A stretch of DNA of 32,000 nt from Opitutales bacterium (GCA_049606355.1 JBMYVL010000007.1:85406-117405), one strand, 5' to 3'. Numbered from the stretch's first letter, positions 21,903 through 32,000 are shown. The notes: generated by a model from the letters alone, not told the origin. Made by a program: numbers and translations.

Positions 21903-24900
21903 CTAGAACGGCTGCTGACTTTCCGCTCCCACCAACTCAGGGTGATTGGTGTCCTTGTTAAAGCGCATCGAAATAAGAGTAGAGACGCCCTTCTCTGGCA
22001 TCGTCACCCCAAACACTGTATCCGCATTGGATATCGTGCGCTTGTTGTGCGTAATGATCAGAAATTGCGACTTAGCGGTAAACCCATGCAGCGTCTCGCA
22101 GAAACGGCCAATATTTGCATCATCCAATGCCGCATCGATTTCGTCCAAAACACAGAAGGGACTCGGGCGCACCATATAAATGGCAAAGAGCAGCGCCACG
22201 GCAGCCATGGTACGCTGTCCGCCGGAAAGCAGGGAAACACTCTTGAGACGCGTTCCCGGGGGGCGCGCTATAATTTCAATACCCGACTCCAACGGATCTT
22301 CGGAATCGATCAACTTCAAGTCCGCGGCTCCGCCACCCGAAAGCTTCTCGTAAGTGAACGCAAAATTCTTCTTCACCTGTTCGAAAGTATCGCGGAACAA
22401 TGATTGCGAGGTCTCGTTGATCTCATCGATCGTCTTCACCAATGCATTCTTCGAATTCCAGAGATCCTCACTCTGCTTCTTCAGGAAATCGTGGCGCTCC
22501 TTTAAGTCCGCATACTCACTGATCGCATCCAAATTAACGGGGCCCATGTTTGCGATACGCCCCTTTAATTCATGCACTTCACGCTCAACCTCGGACCAAT
22601 CAGTCGTATCCATTTCGGCAAGCTCCGCTTCAGTTGGGTCACGACGTTCCTGCTTCGGTTGCGCGGCAATTTGATCCGGATCATCCATTGCGTCGAGATT
22701 CACGCGCTTCTCAAATTCGATATTCGCTTCCCATAGCTCGGCCTTCCAATCAACTCCCTCCAGTTCGATTTGGTACTCATCCTGAGCTGAGCTCTGTACG
22801 AAGCCAATCTGCGAGCGTTCCTCAGCCAAGCGTACCTCCAGCTTAGTCAGTTCCTGATCCAGAGTGCGGCTGACGTTTCGGCGCTCGGACAGACCACTAT
22901 CGATGCTGGATATTTTCACATCCATTTCCTTAAGCGCCTGCCGGTCTTGCTCGAGTTGTTCGGTCGCCACCGTCAGTGTCTTTTCTAATTCGACACTTTT
23001 TTCCGACTCGCTCACACGACTGCCCTTGAGCTTGGCAATCTGTTCATGAATCGTATCAATTTCTTGGTTACGTCTTAAAATACGCTCTTGTAAGCTGCTG
23101 GTTTCACGCTGCACCTCACTGAGGGCACGGTCGAGTGATTCCAAGCGCTGTTTGCGTTCCGCTAGTTCCAAACGTACATCGGCTAAAGCTTCGCGCTTTG
23201 CATCGCGGGCTTCACGGGCTTGGTGAATCGCCGTCTCCAAATCCACTCCCCCTTGGCGCTCCGTAGAAAGACCTGCTTCCGCCGCTTTCAATTCCTGCTT
23301 CGCTTCCTCTAATTCGCGCACAGAGTCACCATGCTGGGCATCCAGTTTGGCAATTTGATCCTGACTACTCTGCTGGCTCCGAGCATTTTGCTCTATTTTT
23401 TCCTGTTGGGTGCGCTCCTCTGCAACCAGTACCGAAACTTCACTGGCGAGCTCTCCGAGTCGCTGACGCTCGGCTTCTACCAAGGCTTCCACTGCATTAC
23501 GTTTTTCGTCGAGGGTTGCCGCAGCTTCGCGTTGAGCATTCAGCTCTTTGCGCTCGGCATCAATCTCACTGCGCAATTGGCGAATTTCCGCTTCACGCTC
23601 CAGCACACTGGATGCTTTTTTACCGGAAGTCCGCCCACCGTGAATGAGGCCGCGGCAATCAATGATCTCACCGCTCTTCGTTGCGGCGAAAAGAAAATTC
23701 AACTCCGGCGTCGCTTTCCAAAACTCAACAAAGCTTTCCAAACTCTCGGCAAAATAGCAGCCGGACAGCAAGCGCTGAACCGGCCCATACAAGGCGTCAT
23801 CACGAACATTAACAACGGAAGCGGCTGGTACGATGTGGTCGTGTAGTTTCGCTTTTGGTGTACCGACCGCAGCATCTATATCGATCTGAAGACAGGCTCG
23901 ACCCAACGACTCCGCATCCAGTCGACCAATCACGGAAAGTGCCTTTTGCGAATCGCCAACAAAGAGCGCCTCCATGGCGGGACCGAGTAACGCTTCGAGG
24001 GCCTTGGTATAGTGCGCCTGTACCTTCAACTCCTTGGAGACAATCGAGACCGTATCTTTCGAGACGAGATCGCCCAACTTGTCGCCCAAAATTGCTTTTG
24101 CACCTTCACCGAACCCTTCAAATTTAGCCTGCAAACCTTCCAGGATATGGAGCTGAGCGGTTTTGCGTGCGATACTGCGATCCTGTTCCTGGATTTGCTC
24201 CTGCAATCCGCGGAACTGAGTGAGTACCGATTGCGACTCCGCACGCGCTTTTTCCAGGGCGGACTCACTGGACTGTTGCTCCTGTTGTCGCTTTTCCAGC
24301 ACACGTCGAATTTCAACAAGGCCTTGCTCAAGGCCCGCCACCTCATTTTTGAGCTCAACAACCGTTTCCGTAAGAGCCGCGTGTTTGACCTGATAGGTCT
24401 TCAAGTCGACTTCCAAAGTTGTGCAACGGGAGCGCGCACGATTGATGCGATTCTCAGCGAGGAGAACCGATTGGCGACTCTCCTGGAGTTCCGCCTCCAT
24501 TTTACCTAAGTCCTCTTGGGCTTTCACCAACTCGTGACTACGGTCCTGAAAAATACGGTCGGAATCGTCGACCACCCCAAGCTGTAATTGCTTATTCTCG
24601 GTCTCATTTTGGGCGCGTTCGGCGAGTGCACGCTTTTGCCCTTCTAAATCTTCGATCTCCTTGCGGTATTCGGCAATGCGACCTTCGAGATCCTTGCTGC
24701 GAATATCCGCGAACTCCGCCTGGTTGTCGGCATTCTCTTTTTCCGAGCGCAAGTTATACACGCGCTGCTGAAGATCCTGCATTTTTTCAAACAGTTCAGC
24801 ACGCGCAGACTTTTGCTCCGTCAATGCCGTTTCGTCCGACTCCAGCGATTCCGCATGAGCCTCCAAGTTTTGACGAACTTCATTCGCGCGCGTGGCTACT

Positions 24901-25628
24901 TGATCAATCGATGCCTTTAAATTATTGTGGCGGTAGGCGCTGAACGCTAGATCGAGGTGCGAGAGGCGGTGTTTAATCCGCTGGTAGCGAAGTGCTTTAC
25001 TCGCTTGCCGTTTCAACGAACCGATTTGACGGCTCACCTCTTCAATGACGTCGGTAACGCGCGCTAGATTGGCATCCACCAGCGCCAGTTTATTCAGTGC
25101 CTCTTTGCGCTGCGCTTTGTAAAGCGTGATGCCCGCAGCTTCCTCAAAGATGGTGCGCCGCTCTGCGGGGTTGGTCGACAATACCTGATCGATTTGCCCT
25201 TGCAGCATGAATGAGTAAGAAACGCGCCCTACACCGGTATTCGCAAACAAGCGCTGAATATCCTTCAAGCGCGACACCTTACCGTTGATGTAGTAATCGC
25301 TGCCCCCTTCCCGAGTCACACGGCGCGAGATCTCGACTTCATTGAATGCGGTGCCTAATTCCGCTTCGCAGTCTGTGAATGTCAGCGCGACTTCACAGAC
25401 CGGCAGCGCCTTACGCTTATCAGTCCCCTCAAAAATCACATCCTGCATGGAGGCGCCGCGCAAGGCCTTGGCACTTTGCTCTCCCAATACCCAACGAATC
25501 GCATCGACAATGTTACTCTTACCACAGCCGTTCGGGCCAACCACCGCCGTCATTCCGCGTCGCAAATCCAAACGCGTACGGTCCGCAAAACTCTTAAAAC
25601 CACTGATGACGATCTCTTTGAGATACAT
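21903..25628 (-). CDS. smc: Chromosome segregation protein SMC
   Basis: 1241 aa. Walker [10 protein letters not shown], long heptad-rich coiled coils flanking a hinge, signature LSGGQ, Walker [14 protein letters not shown]. Confidence 0.97.
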   Translation of the reverse strand: MYLKEIVISGFKSFADRTRLDLRRGMTAVVGPNGCGKSNIVDAIRWVLGEQSAKALRGASMQDVIFEGTDKRKALPVCEVALTFTDCEAELGTAFNEVEISRRVTREGGSDYYINGKVSRLKDIQRLFANTGVGRVSYSFMLQGQIDQVLSTNPAERRTIFEEAAGITLYKAQRKEALNKLALVDANLARVTDVIEEVSRQIGSLKRQASKALRYQRIKHRLSHLDLAFSAYRHNNLKASIDQVATRANEVRQNLEAHAESLESDETALTEQKSARAELFEKMQDLQQRVYNLRSEKENADNQAEFADIRSKDLEGRIAEYRKEIEDLEGQKRALAERAQNETENKQLQLGVVDDSDRIFQDRSHELVKAQEDLGKMEAELQESRQSVLLAENRINRARSRCTTLEVDLKTYQVKHAALTETVVELKNEVAGLEQGLVEIRRVLEKRQQEQQSSESALEKARAESQSVLTQFRGLQEQIQEQDRSIARKTAQLHILEGLQAKFEGFGEGAKAILGDKLGDLVSKDTVSIVSKELKVQAHYTKALEALLGPAMEALFVGDSQKALSVIGRLDAESLGRACLQIDIDAAVGTPKAKLHDHIVPAASVVNVRDDALYGPVQRLLSGCYFAESLESFVEFWKATPELNFLFAATKSGEIIDCRGLIHGGRTSGKKASSVLEREAEIRQLRSEIDAERKELNAQREAAATLDEKRNAVEALVEAERQRLGELASEVSVLVAEERTQQEKIEQNARSQQSSQDQIAKLDAQHGDSVRELEEAKQELKAAEAGLSTERQGGVDLETAIHQAREARDAKREALADVRLELAERKQRLESLDRALSEVQRETSSLQERILRRNQEIDTIHEQIAKLKGSRVSESEKSVELEKTLTVATEQLEQDRQALKEMDVKISSIDSGLSERRNVSRTLDQELTKLEVRLAEERSQIGFVQSSAQDEYQIELEGVDWKAELWEANIEFEKRVNLDAMDDPDQIAAQPKQERRDPTEAELAEMDTTDWSEVEREVHELKGRIANMGPVNLDAISEYADLKERHDFLKKQSEDLWNSKNALVKTIDEINETSQSLFRDTFEQVKKNFAFTYEKLSGGGAADLKLIDSEDPLESGIEIIARPPGTRLKSVSLLSGGQRTMAAVALLFAIYMVRPSPFCVLDEIDAALDDANIGRFCETLHGFTAKSQFLIITHNKRTISNADTVFGVTMPEKGVSTLISMRFNKDTNHPELVGAESQQPF

Positions 25629-25782
25629 GTATTCGTAAACTAATTATCTGTAAGCTAGGGTAGAAACGATCAAAACAAGCGGCAGGTCCGCGCCCCGCAA
25701 CCTTAAAACACCCAGGGAGGAAACTGTTGCCAAGCGATTCCCCTTCACCTAGCCTGCTAACCTTGCTATCCAATTGTTATTT

Positions 25783-26685
25783 ATGCCTTTGCCGAATCAA
25801 TGCTCGCGCGACGAATGGCCCCTTAAAGCCTACAAAAACCTCGACTTTCTGAACACCGATGCGGCTCGGCAGATACGCGTCCTCTGCGAGATGACGGAAC
25901 CGGGCTTGCGCTTTGATGCTGAAGACATCAAAGACACCATCGTCCTATTTGGATCCGCGCGGATCGTACCGCCCGACGAAGCGGCAGCCAAGCTCGCCAG
26001 AGTACAAGCTGACTGCGGCGACCGCAACGCGCCTACCGCGGAAGAAAAACGGCGACTCCATTTCGCAGAATGCAACGTACGTTCCGCCAAGTATTACACT
26101 TCTGCCGCCGCCTTAGCCGAGCAACTCACCCAGTGGTCGATGAACCTACCCGACCACCACCAACGACGCTTTGTCATTTGCTCAGGAGGCGGACCGGGCA
26201 TCATGCAAGCCGCCAACCAAGGGGCACACGCCGCCGGAGGAAAATCCATCGGGCTTGGCATCAGCCTGCCCTTTGAGCAGGGCGTGAATCATTACATCCC
26301 GGAAGAATTGAAATTTGAATTCCATTACTTCTTCGTGCGCAAGTTCTGGTTTGTTTCACTGGCCAAGGCACTGGTGGCCTTCCCCGGAGGCTTTGGTACG
26401 CTCGACGAGCTCTTTGAAACACTCACCCTGATTCAAACTGCTAAAATCAAATACCCAACACCGGTAGTACTCTTCGGGAGTGAGTTTTGGAATGAGGTGG
26501 TCAACTTCGATGCATTGGTTCGCTGGGGCACGATTTCACCGGAAGACCTGCAACTCTTTCGTATTGTTGATACCGTCGAAGAAGCCTATACGCATATCGT
26601 CGAGCAACTCAGCGAGCGCTTCCTCAATCAGCCGGACTCCCTGCTGCAACGTGCCGATGCAGACAAGCGCCCGGGCGAATCCTAA
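25783..26685 (+). CDS. LOG-family / TIGR00730 Rossmann-fold nucleotide phosphoribohydrolase-like protein
   Basis: Motifs: LFGSARI, SGGGPGIMQAANQGA, PGGFGTLDELFE. ATG at 25783; the track start at 25774 is a TTG three codons upstream. Confidence 0.85.
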   Translation: MPLPNQCSRDEWPLKAYKNLDFLNTDAARQIRVLCEMTEPGLRFDAEDIKDTIVLFGSARIVPPDEAAAKLARVQADCGDRNAPTAEEKRRLHFAECNVRSAKYYTSAAALAEQLTQWSMNLPDHHQRRFVICSGGGPGIMQAANQGAHAAGGKSIGLGISLPFEQGVNHYIPEELKFEFHYFFVRKFWFVSLAKALVAFPGGFGTLDELFETLTLIQTAKIKYPTPVVLFGSEFWNEVVNFDALVRWGTISPEDLQLFRIVDTVEEAYTHIVEQLSERFLNQPDSLLQRADADKRPGES

Positions 26686-26688
26686 GAC

Positions 26689-27675
26689 TTAGGCTAAATT
26701 CGGCTGATAGGCATCATGCAGGCGAATCAACCCGATTAATTCACGGGTGTTCGTACGAACCACAGGGAGCACCGAAACCTGCGACTGCCGCTCTTCCATT
26801 AAGCGCACCGCTTCGCCCAGCAAGCGTTCCGGATGAGTTGCCAGCGGATCCCGCGTCATACACTCGCGAATCGGAACACTTAAAATATCGTCCGACTTTG
26901 ATAATAAACGGCGCACATCACCATCAGTCAAAATACCGAGCAGATTGCCATCGGCATCAACGACGCACGCGGCGCCAAATGGATACTCCGTCATACGAAT
27001 GACGACCTCACGCAGGGTATCCGTCGCTTGCGCGCAAGCGATACGATCACATGGATGCATGACCTCTCCGACGGTTAATAACAAGTTGCGGCCCAATTGG
27101 CCACCGGGATGGAAGCTGGCAAACTCCTCCGCCGTGAATCCGCGCGCTTGTACCAAAGCGGCAGCCAAGGCATCGCCCATCGCCAGACTCACCGTAGAAC
27201 TCGAGGTCGGCATTAAATTTAACGGATCCGCTTCGGTTTCGACACTCGCATCTAGCACCACGTCGGCCGCTTGAGCAATTGGCGAATCGACATTGCCGAT
27301 AATTGCAATCACCGGAGACTCAAACTTTTTGAACATCGGCATTAGGCGCAGTACTTCTGCAGTACTACCACTCTTACTTAACACGAGAGTCGGATCGCCG
27401 GGTTGATAGACACCTAGGTCACCGTGAATCGCTTCCGCCGCATGCATAAACACCGAAGGAATGCCACAGCTCGAAAAAGTTGCGGCCAGCTTAGCACCAA
27501 TATGGCCAGACTTCCCAATACCACAAATCACCAACTTGGACTTAGTATTTAAAATAATCTCTAAGGCGCGCTCAAAGGACGCATCCAATCGACCCGCCGC
27601 AGTTTCGATCGCTGCCGCCTCAGCCAACATTGCCTGACGACCCATCTCGAGACCTTGAACACACTTTTTCGACAT
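26689..27675 (-). CDS. kdsD: Arabinose-5-phosphate isomerase (KpsF/GutQ/KdsD family; SIS + 2xCBS)
   Basis: 328 aa. SIS motif CGIGKSGHIGAKLAATFSSCGIPS. GDALA...FHPGGQLG, followed by tandem CBS-like repeats. Confidence 0.85.
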   Translation of the reverse strand: MSKKCVQGLEMGRQAMLAEAAAIETAAGRLDASFERALEIILNTKSKLVICGIGKSGHIGAKLAATFSSCGIPSVFMHAAEAIHGDLGVYQPGDPTLVLSKSGSTAEVLRLMPMFKKFESPVIAIIGNVDSPIAQAADVVLDASVETEADPLNLMPTSSSTVSLAMGDALAAALVQARGFTAEEFASFHPGGQLGRNLLLTVGEVMHPCDRIACAQATDTLREVVIRMTEYPFGAACVVDADGNLLGILTDGDVRRLLSKSDDILSVPIRECMTRDPLATHPERLLGEAVRLMEERQSQVSVLPVVRTNTRELIGLIRLHDAYQPNLA

Positions 27676-27839
27676 GCAGACGAGCTAAGCTCGCCGAGTG
27701 CTGCAAGTAAAGCAATTTGCCAACCTGCGCCCAGCGTCCTTACAAAAGTCTCGAGCCACTGCGAGTGGTGCTTCGCGCTCGCCATACGATCGATTGAAAA
27801 TAAGCTGCTAGGTATAGGAACACTCTAACCCGTGAACAA

Positions 27840-28640
27840 ATGATTAAAAAAATAAGCATTCTCGTTATCCTGCTACTCATTCTGGGTGGCAGCGTGGTTT
27901 ATTTCTTTGGCTCTGCCTTGCTGAATAAAGGAATCAAGGTTGGCATTGAATCACTCGGCCCGCAAATCACACAAACTGCGGTGACGCTCGATGCCGTGAA
28001 TGTGTCCCTACTCTCGGGCAAGGGAATGCTACAATCGCTGACTGTAGCGAATCCGTCCGACTTTAAAAATGAGCATATTTTCACGCTGGGGCGAGTGGAC
28101 ATCGATATCGATATGAGTTCCCTGCTGGGTGACTCATTCGTCATTAACAAAATCCATATACGACAGCCGCAGATTAGTTACGAAAAGAACTTAACGGGCT
28201 CCAACCTGAAAGCGCTACAGCAAAGTATTGCAGCCTTTTCGGGAGCCGAGGCAGCCGATGATCGTAGGGATGCAGCCACGGACGGCACTCCGTCGAAAAC
28301 AAGCAAACGAGTCCTCATCAAAAAACTCATCATCGAAGAAGGCACCATTTATGTTGGCTTTCTCGGTGCCGGGGCGCAGACACCTTTGCCCCGGATCGAA
28401 ATGGATGACATCGGGGCGGATGACACAGAGCAGTCCATTGATCAAATCATCGCTCTCATCCTAACCGAAGTGATTCAAGTGATTGGACCTGCCCTTGCGA
28501 GTTCAGGAGAATTCTTGCAGGAGGGCGGACAGACCGTGCTCGAAACGCTCGAGTCGACGCTGCTGAAGGGTGCCGATGCGGGCACTCGAGAAGTTCTCAA
28601 TAAAGCCAGCGAGCAACTCAAAAACCTACTTGGTCAGTAA
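27840..28640 (+). CDS. Membrane-anchored protein with an AsmA-like N-terminal region (hypothetical)
   Basis: 266 aa. N-terminal TM helix ISILVILLLILGGSVVYFF. Next comes a beta-rich segment (VTLDAVNVSLLSGKGMLQSLTVANPSDF...FVINKIHIRQPQISYEKNLTGSNL) resembling the start of AsmA/TamB-like proteins. The C-terminus is acidic and helical. Confidence 0.55.
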   Translation: MIKKISILVILLLILGGSVVYFFGSALLNKGIKVGIESLGPQITQTAVTLDAVNVSLLSGKGMLQSLTVANPSDFKNEHIFTLGRVDIDIDMSSLLGDSFVINKIHIRQPQISYEKNLTGSNLKALQQSIAAFSGAEAADDRRDAATDGTPSKTSKRVLIKKLIIEEGTIYVGFLGAGAQTPLPRIEMDDIGADDTEQSIDQIIALILTEVIQVIGPALASSGEFLQEGGQTVLETLESTLLKGADAGTREVLNKASEQLKNLLGQ

Positions 28641-28655
28641 GGCCTCAAATGCCGC

Positions 28656-28692
28656 AAAAAAAAAGCGGCGTACCATGGGAAGTACGCCGCTC
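28656..28692 (-). terminator. Rho-independent terminator for pilQ (minus-strand sense)
   Basis: Perfect 10-bp stem AGCGGCGTAC (28664-28673) / GTACGCCGCT (28682-28691) with an 8-nt loop. Read on the minus strand, it is followed by a run of 9 T (plus-strand A-run 28656-28664, the last A overlapping the first stem base). On the plus strand there is no T-tract, so it is strong mainly for pilQ. Confidence 0.8.
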
Positions 28693-28707
28693 GTTGAAAA
28701 TCGTTCC

Positions 28708-30393
28708 TTAACGCCGTCCAAACGGCCGAGCGCGCACCACTGGAGCGGGCGCGACTGGTGGTTCCGCATTCAGTGCCTTCAGCGCACCAATCTCCGCATC
28801 GATCTGCTTGAGTGCCTCACTCTCAACCGTCTCATCACGCAGTTCGCGTAATTCACGCAACTTCTGCTTTTGTACCTCGGGCATTTGATAGCCGGGAATA
28901 TCGCTGGGTAAAATCCCCATATTGTTCAACAACCTGGGATCCAGTATTGCATCATACGAAGAGCCCTCGGGGCTGAGTGTTTTCGCAGTGATAAAAATCA
29001 CTAAGTTTGTTTCATCGAGCTTATCTTGTTTGCTTCGGAATAGACGGCCTACGCCAGGCAAGTCACCCAGCAAGGGTACTTTTTGTGCGTCATTGGTAAC
29101 TGTACTATCGACCAAGCCACCGATCGCCAAGGTGTAGCCATCTTTAATGACAATCGAAGTTTCGGTACGCCGACTCTTAATGATCGGGATTTGAGTGTCT
29201 TCAATAATCGCAAATTCCTCGGAGCTGGAAACCTCCGGAAGTATATTCAAATTAATAAAGCCGGCACTGTTCACCTGCGGGGTGACTTCCAGTGTGATCC
29301 CGATATCCTCATATTTAATTTCATCCAATTGTTTCTCACCGGTCTCCTTATTGAAGGAGTACTGAGGGATCGGATATTTATCCCCAATGGCGATCTTCGC
29401 CTTGGTGTTGTTTAAAGTTACTACCGTTGGGTTCGAAATCAGCTCAACGCCGTTGGTCGTATTCAACGCATTGAGCAGGAGATCAAATTGCTCGCCTGAG
29501 AAGACCGCATTATCGATACGAGTTTCGGCTCCATTCACTGATTGATAGCTGCGGGTGATGCCACCTAAGCTACCCTCCTTTGCCGTGAGTGCACTGCCGG
29601 CAGCCATCGCAAACTCATCCAAACCGGCCCAGTTGATGCCCAGCTTCTCGCTGTCATTATTTGTAATCTCGATGAATTTGGACTCGATTAAGACTTGGTC
29701 AGTGGCTCGGTCCAAACGGTCAATAATTTCCTGAATCTTATTCATTCGCGAGGGCCGTTCAGTGACGATCAGCGCATTGCTGCGCACATCGACTTCCACC
29801 CGACCACCCGCATCGCTATTGATCAACGGCACCAACGCGCTCTGCAACGCTTGCGCGCGTGCATAATTCGCAATAAAGACCCGAGTGTCCAACGGCTCGG
29901 CATTCAGCTCTTCCTGGCTTTTGATACGAATAATATTTCGGTCTTCGACATGCGTGTAGCCCAGGGGGTCGAGAACCACTTCAAATACCTGCTGCCAAGT
30001 GACCTCACGTAATTTAATTGAAGTGCGCCCCTTGAGGCTGTCGGGAATAACCAGATTCAGCGCATAGAGATCGGCTACATTACGCAAAATCACGCGTACG
30101 TCCTCATCCGGAAAATCCACGCTGATGGTCTCTTCTTCTTGCGATTCGCCACTGCTCATTGCCGTGGTTGGAACGGGCAACTCAAGCAAGACCGTGCTCG
30201 CCGCCGGCAGCGCATCAGACGGTTGCGCGCTATCACTTTCGGCACGCGTCAAGGGTGCGGCCGTTTCAGCTACTGCAGCGGCTTGAACATCGGCGTCGGA
30301 ACGATCGCTTTTTACGGAAGCGGTGCCACCAACTTGCGCCGAGAGGGCGAGCGAGCTGAGTAGCAGTGGTAGGACTGTAATGTGTAACTTCAT
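28708..30393 (-). CDS. pilQ: Type IV pilus secretin (PilQ-like; secretin superfamily)
   Basis: 561 aa with a signal peptide, MKLHITVLPLLLSSLALSAQ. N0/N1-like repeats (VRVILRNVADLYALNLVI..., RVFIANYARAQALQSAL...RSNALIVTE). Secretin C-domain IPIIKSRRTETSIVIKDGYTLAIGGL...VPLLGDLPGVGRLFRSK...LVIFITAK. It lies downstream of pilN/O/P-like genes. Confidence 0.9.
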   Translation of the reverse strand: MKLHITVLPLLLSSLALSAQVGGTASVKSDRSDADVQAAAVAETAAPLTRAESDSAQPSDALPAASTVLLELPVPTTAMSSGESQEEETISVDFPDEDVRVILRNVADLYALNLVIPDSLKGRTSIKLREVTWQQVFEVVLDPLGYTHVEDRNIIRIKSQEELNAEPLDTRVFIANYARAQALQSALVPLINSDAGGRVEVDVRSNALIVTERPSRMNKIQEIIDRLDRATDQVLIESKFIEITNNDSEKLGINWAGLDEFAMAAGSALTAKEGSLGGITRSYQSVNGAETRIDNAVFSGEQFDLLLNALNTTNGVELISNPTVVTLNNTKAKIAIGDKYPIPQYSFNKETGEKQLDEIKYEDIGITLEVTPQVNSAGFINLNILPEVSSSEEFAIIEDTQIPIIKSRRTETSIVIKDGYTLAIGGLVDSTVTNDAQKVPLLGDLPGVGRLFRSKQDKLDETNLVIFITAKTLSPEGSSYDAILDPRLLNNMGILPSDIPGYQMPEVQKQKLRELRELRDETVESEALKQIDAEIGALKALNAEPPVAPAPVVRARPFGRR

Positions 30394-30429
30394 AGGCGCT
30401 TGAATTCGATTGGTTTGCTTGGTTGGAAA

Positions 30430-31035
30430 TTAACGGCTGCTGGAGGTGCTATCGCGCGTGAGGCGTGCACCCTCATTCACTTTGGAGAGCTGAAAAGGCA
30501 CGTCGCGCACGGCATCGCCCATACGTAAGCGATAGCCATCGGAATCGATCTGTTGAATCACGACCGTAACGCGCTGATCCTCAAACTCCGGTAGACGCAC
30601 GGCAAAAGACGAATTCGGCGCCAGCATCTGGCCATTATTGAGCTGTATATAATGCTGCGATCCGCGTGCCAGGGTGCCGGTAATTCGGCTGGATAAATGC
30701 GCCGCCACCACATCCAGAAGACTCGCATTTCCTGGGCCTTCAGTGAGTTGGTCTAATTCAGGCACAGCGCCGACGAATGCCGGCTTTGTACGCGCACTGG
30801 ATTCACTCCATTCGAAGGGAGACCGCTGCCCGCGGAGCTCATCATAGAACGGACCATCGCTGCGCCGCAAGTGATGCTCCAACACCTGAATCATCTGTTG
30901 ACGCTCCGGTATCGTCATAACGCGCTGTGCCGATCTGCGAGCCGATGGCTCACCGGCCACTGATTGCTGAATCAATCCAGCGAGTGCGCTGCCGACAGTG
31001 ACGATACGGCAAAATTGTGCGAAAGAGCCCTTCAT
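30430..31035 (-). CDS. PilP-position periplasmic protein (PilP-like C-terminal beta domain; hypothetical)
   Basis: ATG at 31035 overlaps the pilO-like TGA stop (ATGA). 201 aa with a hydrophobic N-terminus, FCRIVTVGSALAGLI. C-terminal ITGTLARGSQHYIQLNNGQMLAPNSSFAVRL...VTVVIQQIDSDGYRLRMGD resembles the PilP beta-sandwich pattern. No lipobox. The assignment rests mainly on gene order. Confidence 0.5.
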   Translation of the reverse strand: MKGSFAQFCRIVTVGSALAGLIQQSVAGEPSARRSAQRVMTIPERQQMIQVLEHHLRRSDGPFYDELRGQRSPFEWSESSARTKPAFVGAVPELDQLTEGPGNASLLDVVAAHLSSRITGTLARGSQHYIQLNNGQMLAPNSSFAVRLPEFEDQRVTVVIQQIDSDGYRLRMGDAVRDVPFQLSKVNEGARLTRDSTSSSR

Positions 31036-31616
31036 GCATCTCCTTTCGCCAACACCCACACACGCAGCGACGCAAGCAGATCACTGGGATCACGTCCCGC
31101 TTCGCTGGCTTGACTCAATTTAAAATCAGAAATGCGCAGTATTGGATCTGCCTGATACAGTGCCCCCATCAGCTCCAGCAAGTCGGTATAGTCACCGATC
31201 ACCGCAACATCATAAGCAATTGCCGAATAATGGCTGAGCGCATCCGGTCCGTTTGCCGCGAGTCGCTGCGGGACCTCGGCTAATTGCTGCACCTTAATGA
31301 AGGCGATATTTGACCGCGTTTCAAAACGATAAAAGAAATGCGTGTTCACCGCGCGCTCGCCGCGGTCAAACAACCGCGCCTCCACTTCCGCGATGGCTCC
31401 TTCCAGATGCTCGACATCCGCCGACAAGCCTTTGGCCTGCTTGGCATTCTGATCGATCGTACGGATGCGCGCGATGGCTTGCGACTCGCTTGCGGACAAG
31501 CGGGGGAGCCTATCACTCCGTAGATAGAGCACAACCAAGAGCACCAGAACCAGCATTACGCAGATGAATGCAAATGGATAACGGAGGCACTGTTGGAGGC
31601 GTGTCGCTTCTCTCAT
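31032..31616 (-). CDS. PilO-like type IV pilus alignment-complex protein
   Basis: 194 aa. Short cytoplasmic N-terminus, one TM (FAFICVMLVLVLLVVLYL), a coiled-coil segment (AKGLSADVEHLEGAIAEVEARL), then an alpha/beta C-domain. That is PilO architecture, and it sits between pilN-like and pilP-like genes. Its start overlaps the pilN-like stop (ATGA at 31613-31616). Confidence 0.6.
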   Translation of the reverse strand: MREATRLQQCLRYPFAFICVMLVLVLLVVLYLRSDRLPRLSASESQAIARIRTIDQNAKQAKGLSADVEHLEGAIAEVEARLFDRGERAVNTHFFYRFETRSNIAFIKVQQLAEVPQRLAANGPDALSHYSAIAYDVAVIGDYTDLLELMGALYQADPILRISDFKLSQASEAGRDPSDLLASLRVWVLAKGDA

Positions 31617-32000
31617 GCGCCAACACTCCTTTCTCCCGACAGCGTTTGACGACTGACTCTTCCCCGATCCTGTGCGCGTATCTCGATCTTAAACTGACAG
31701 GAAAAGATCCCGGTATCTGTATTTCGATCGGTATCCGTCTCTGTAATTTCCACGCTATAGCCCTCGAAATCTAAGCCTTCAGCACTTCGCAGCGAACGCT
31801 TAAACGCAGTCAATGCCGCCAACTCTCTGACTCGAGCATTGATCTCAATCGAATAGACCACTCCGCCCCCATCCTTACGCTTCTGGATGTACTCGCGAAG
31901 ATAGACGCTATCGAAGGCAAAACCAGCTGGGCATGATTGAAACAACTGAGCCAAAAATTCATGCGGGATAATCGGCGAATTGTAAAACTTAGCGACTTCT
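31613..32000 (-). CDS. PilN-like fimbrial assembly protein, N-terminus outside the window
   Basis: The minus-strand frame stays open from position 32000 (...EVAKFYNSPIIPHEFLAQLFQSCPAGFAFDSVYLREY...) to the TGA at 31613-31615. The track's 31954 start is only an internal TTG. The assignment rests on position immediately upstream of pilO/P/Q-like genes. Confidence 0.5.
   Translation of the reverse strand, partial: EVAKFYNSPIIPHEFLAQLFQSCPAGFAFDSVYLREYIQKRKDGGGVVYSIEINARVRELAALTAFKRSLRSAEGLDFEGYSVEITETDTDRNTDTGIFSCQFKIEIRAQDRGRVSRQTLSGERSVGA

Noticed and set aside
21942-25638. Many plus-strand ORFs of 60-171 aa inside the smc locus (for example 23331..23846 and 24012..24509).
   Set aside because: They are antisense shadow frames of a strongly supported 1241-aa SMC gene. 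Their translations are low-complexity (Arg/Ser/Leu/Pro-rich) with no recognisable motifs.
26681-26693. Convergent LOG-family and kdsD genes whose stop codons lie 3 nt apart inside the 13-nt palindrome CCTAAGaCTTAGG.
   Set aside because: TAA/TTA from convergent stops is self-complementary by construction, and only three extra base pairs extend it. It is too short, with a 1-nt centre, to form a hairpin. The only real point is that no intergenic terminator can fit there.
27681-27693. The perfect palindrome CGAGCTaAGCTCG just upstream of the kdsD start; possible operator.
   Set aside because: A 6+6 palindrome is expected several times by chance in 32 kb. There is no second copy and no regulator gene adjacent.

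Overview
On my reading this window is ordinary core-chromosome sequence, not an accessory or defence island. It is densely packed with about 30 intact housekeeping genes under the standard genetic code. I saw no rRNA, tRNA, CRISPR array, IS or transposase, integrase, phage gene or long repeat.

Gene content, left to right:
- panC (partial).
- A DapL-like aminotransferase and an NTF2-like protein.
- A co-directional nnr-dprA-ppnP run.
- A DUF3127 protein.
- The GDP-fucose pair gmd-fcl.
- A heme cluster: hemH, a hemX-like membrane gene, hemA.
- An orphan PAS histidine kinase, a stand-alone coaB and a membrane protein.
- A long minus-strand run: smc, a small zinc-ribbon membrane ORF, guaA, hisD-hisC-hisB-hisH, gltA.
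- A LOG-family protein, kdsD and a short AsmA-like protein.
- At the right edge, a type IV pilus alignment/secretin operon (pilN-like, pilO-like, pilP-like, pilQ) running off the window.

The gene set would fit a PVC/Verrucomicrobia-type genome, but that is an unverified impression.

I did not find convincing evidence for a novel multi-gene system. The findings are modest, individually checkable oddities:
- A DUF3127 protein with an SSB-like acidic ...PPF C-terminal tip.
- A TM plus zinc-ribbon micro-gene wedged between smc and guaA.
- A Cys-rich internal insertion in ferrochelatase.
- A C-terminally short HemA whose start overlaps the stop of a HemX-like gene.
- A secretin with a C-terminal extension.
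- An unusually long 638-nt divergent intergenic region.

Functional calls rest on motif recognition in the translations. No database search was run.
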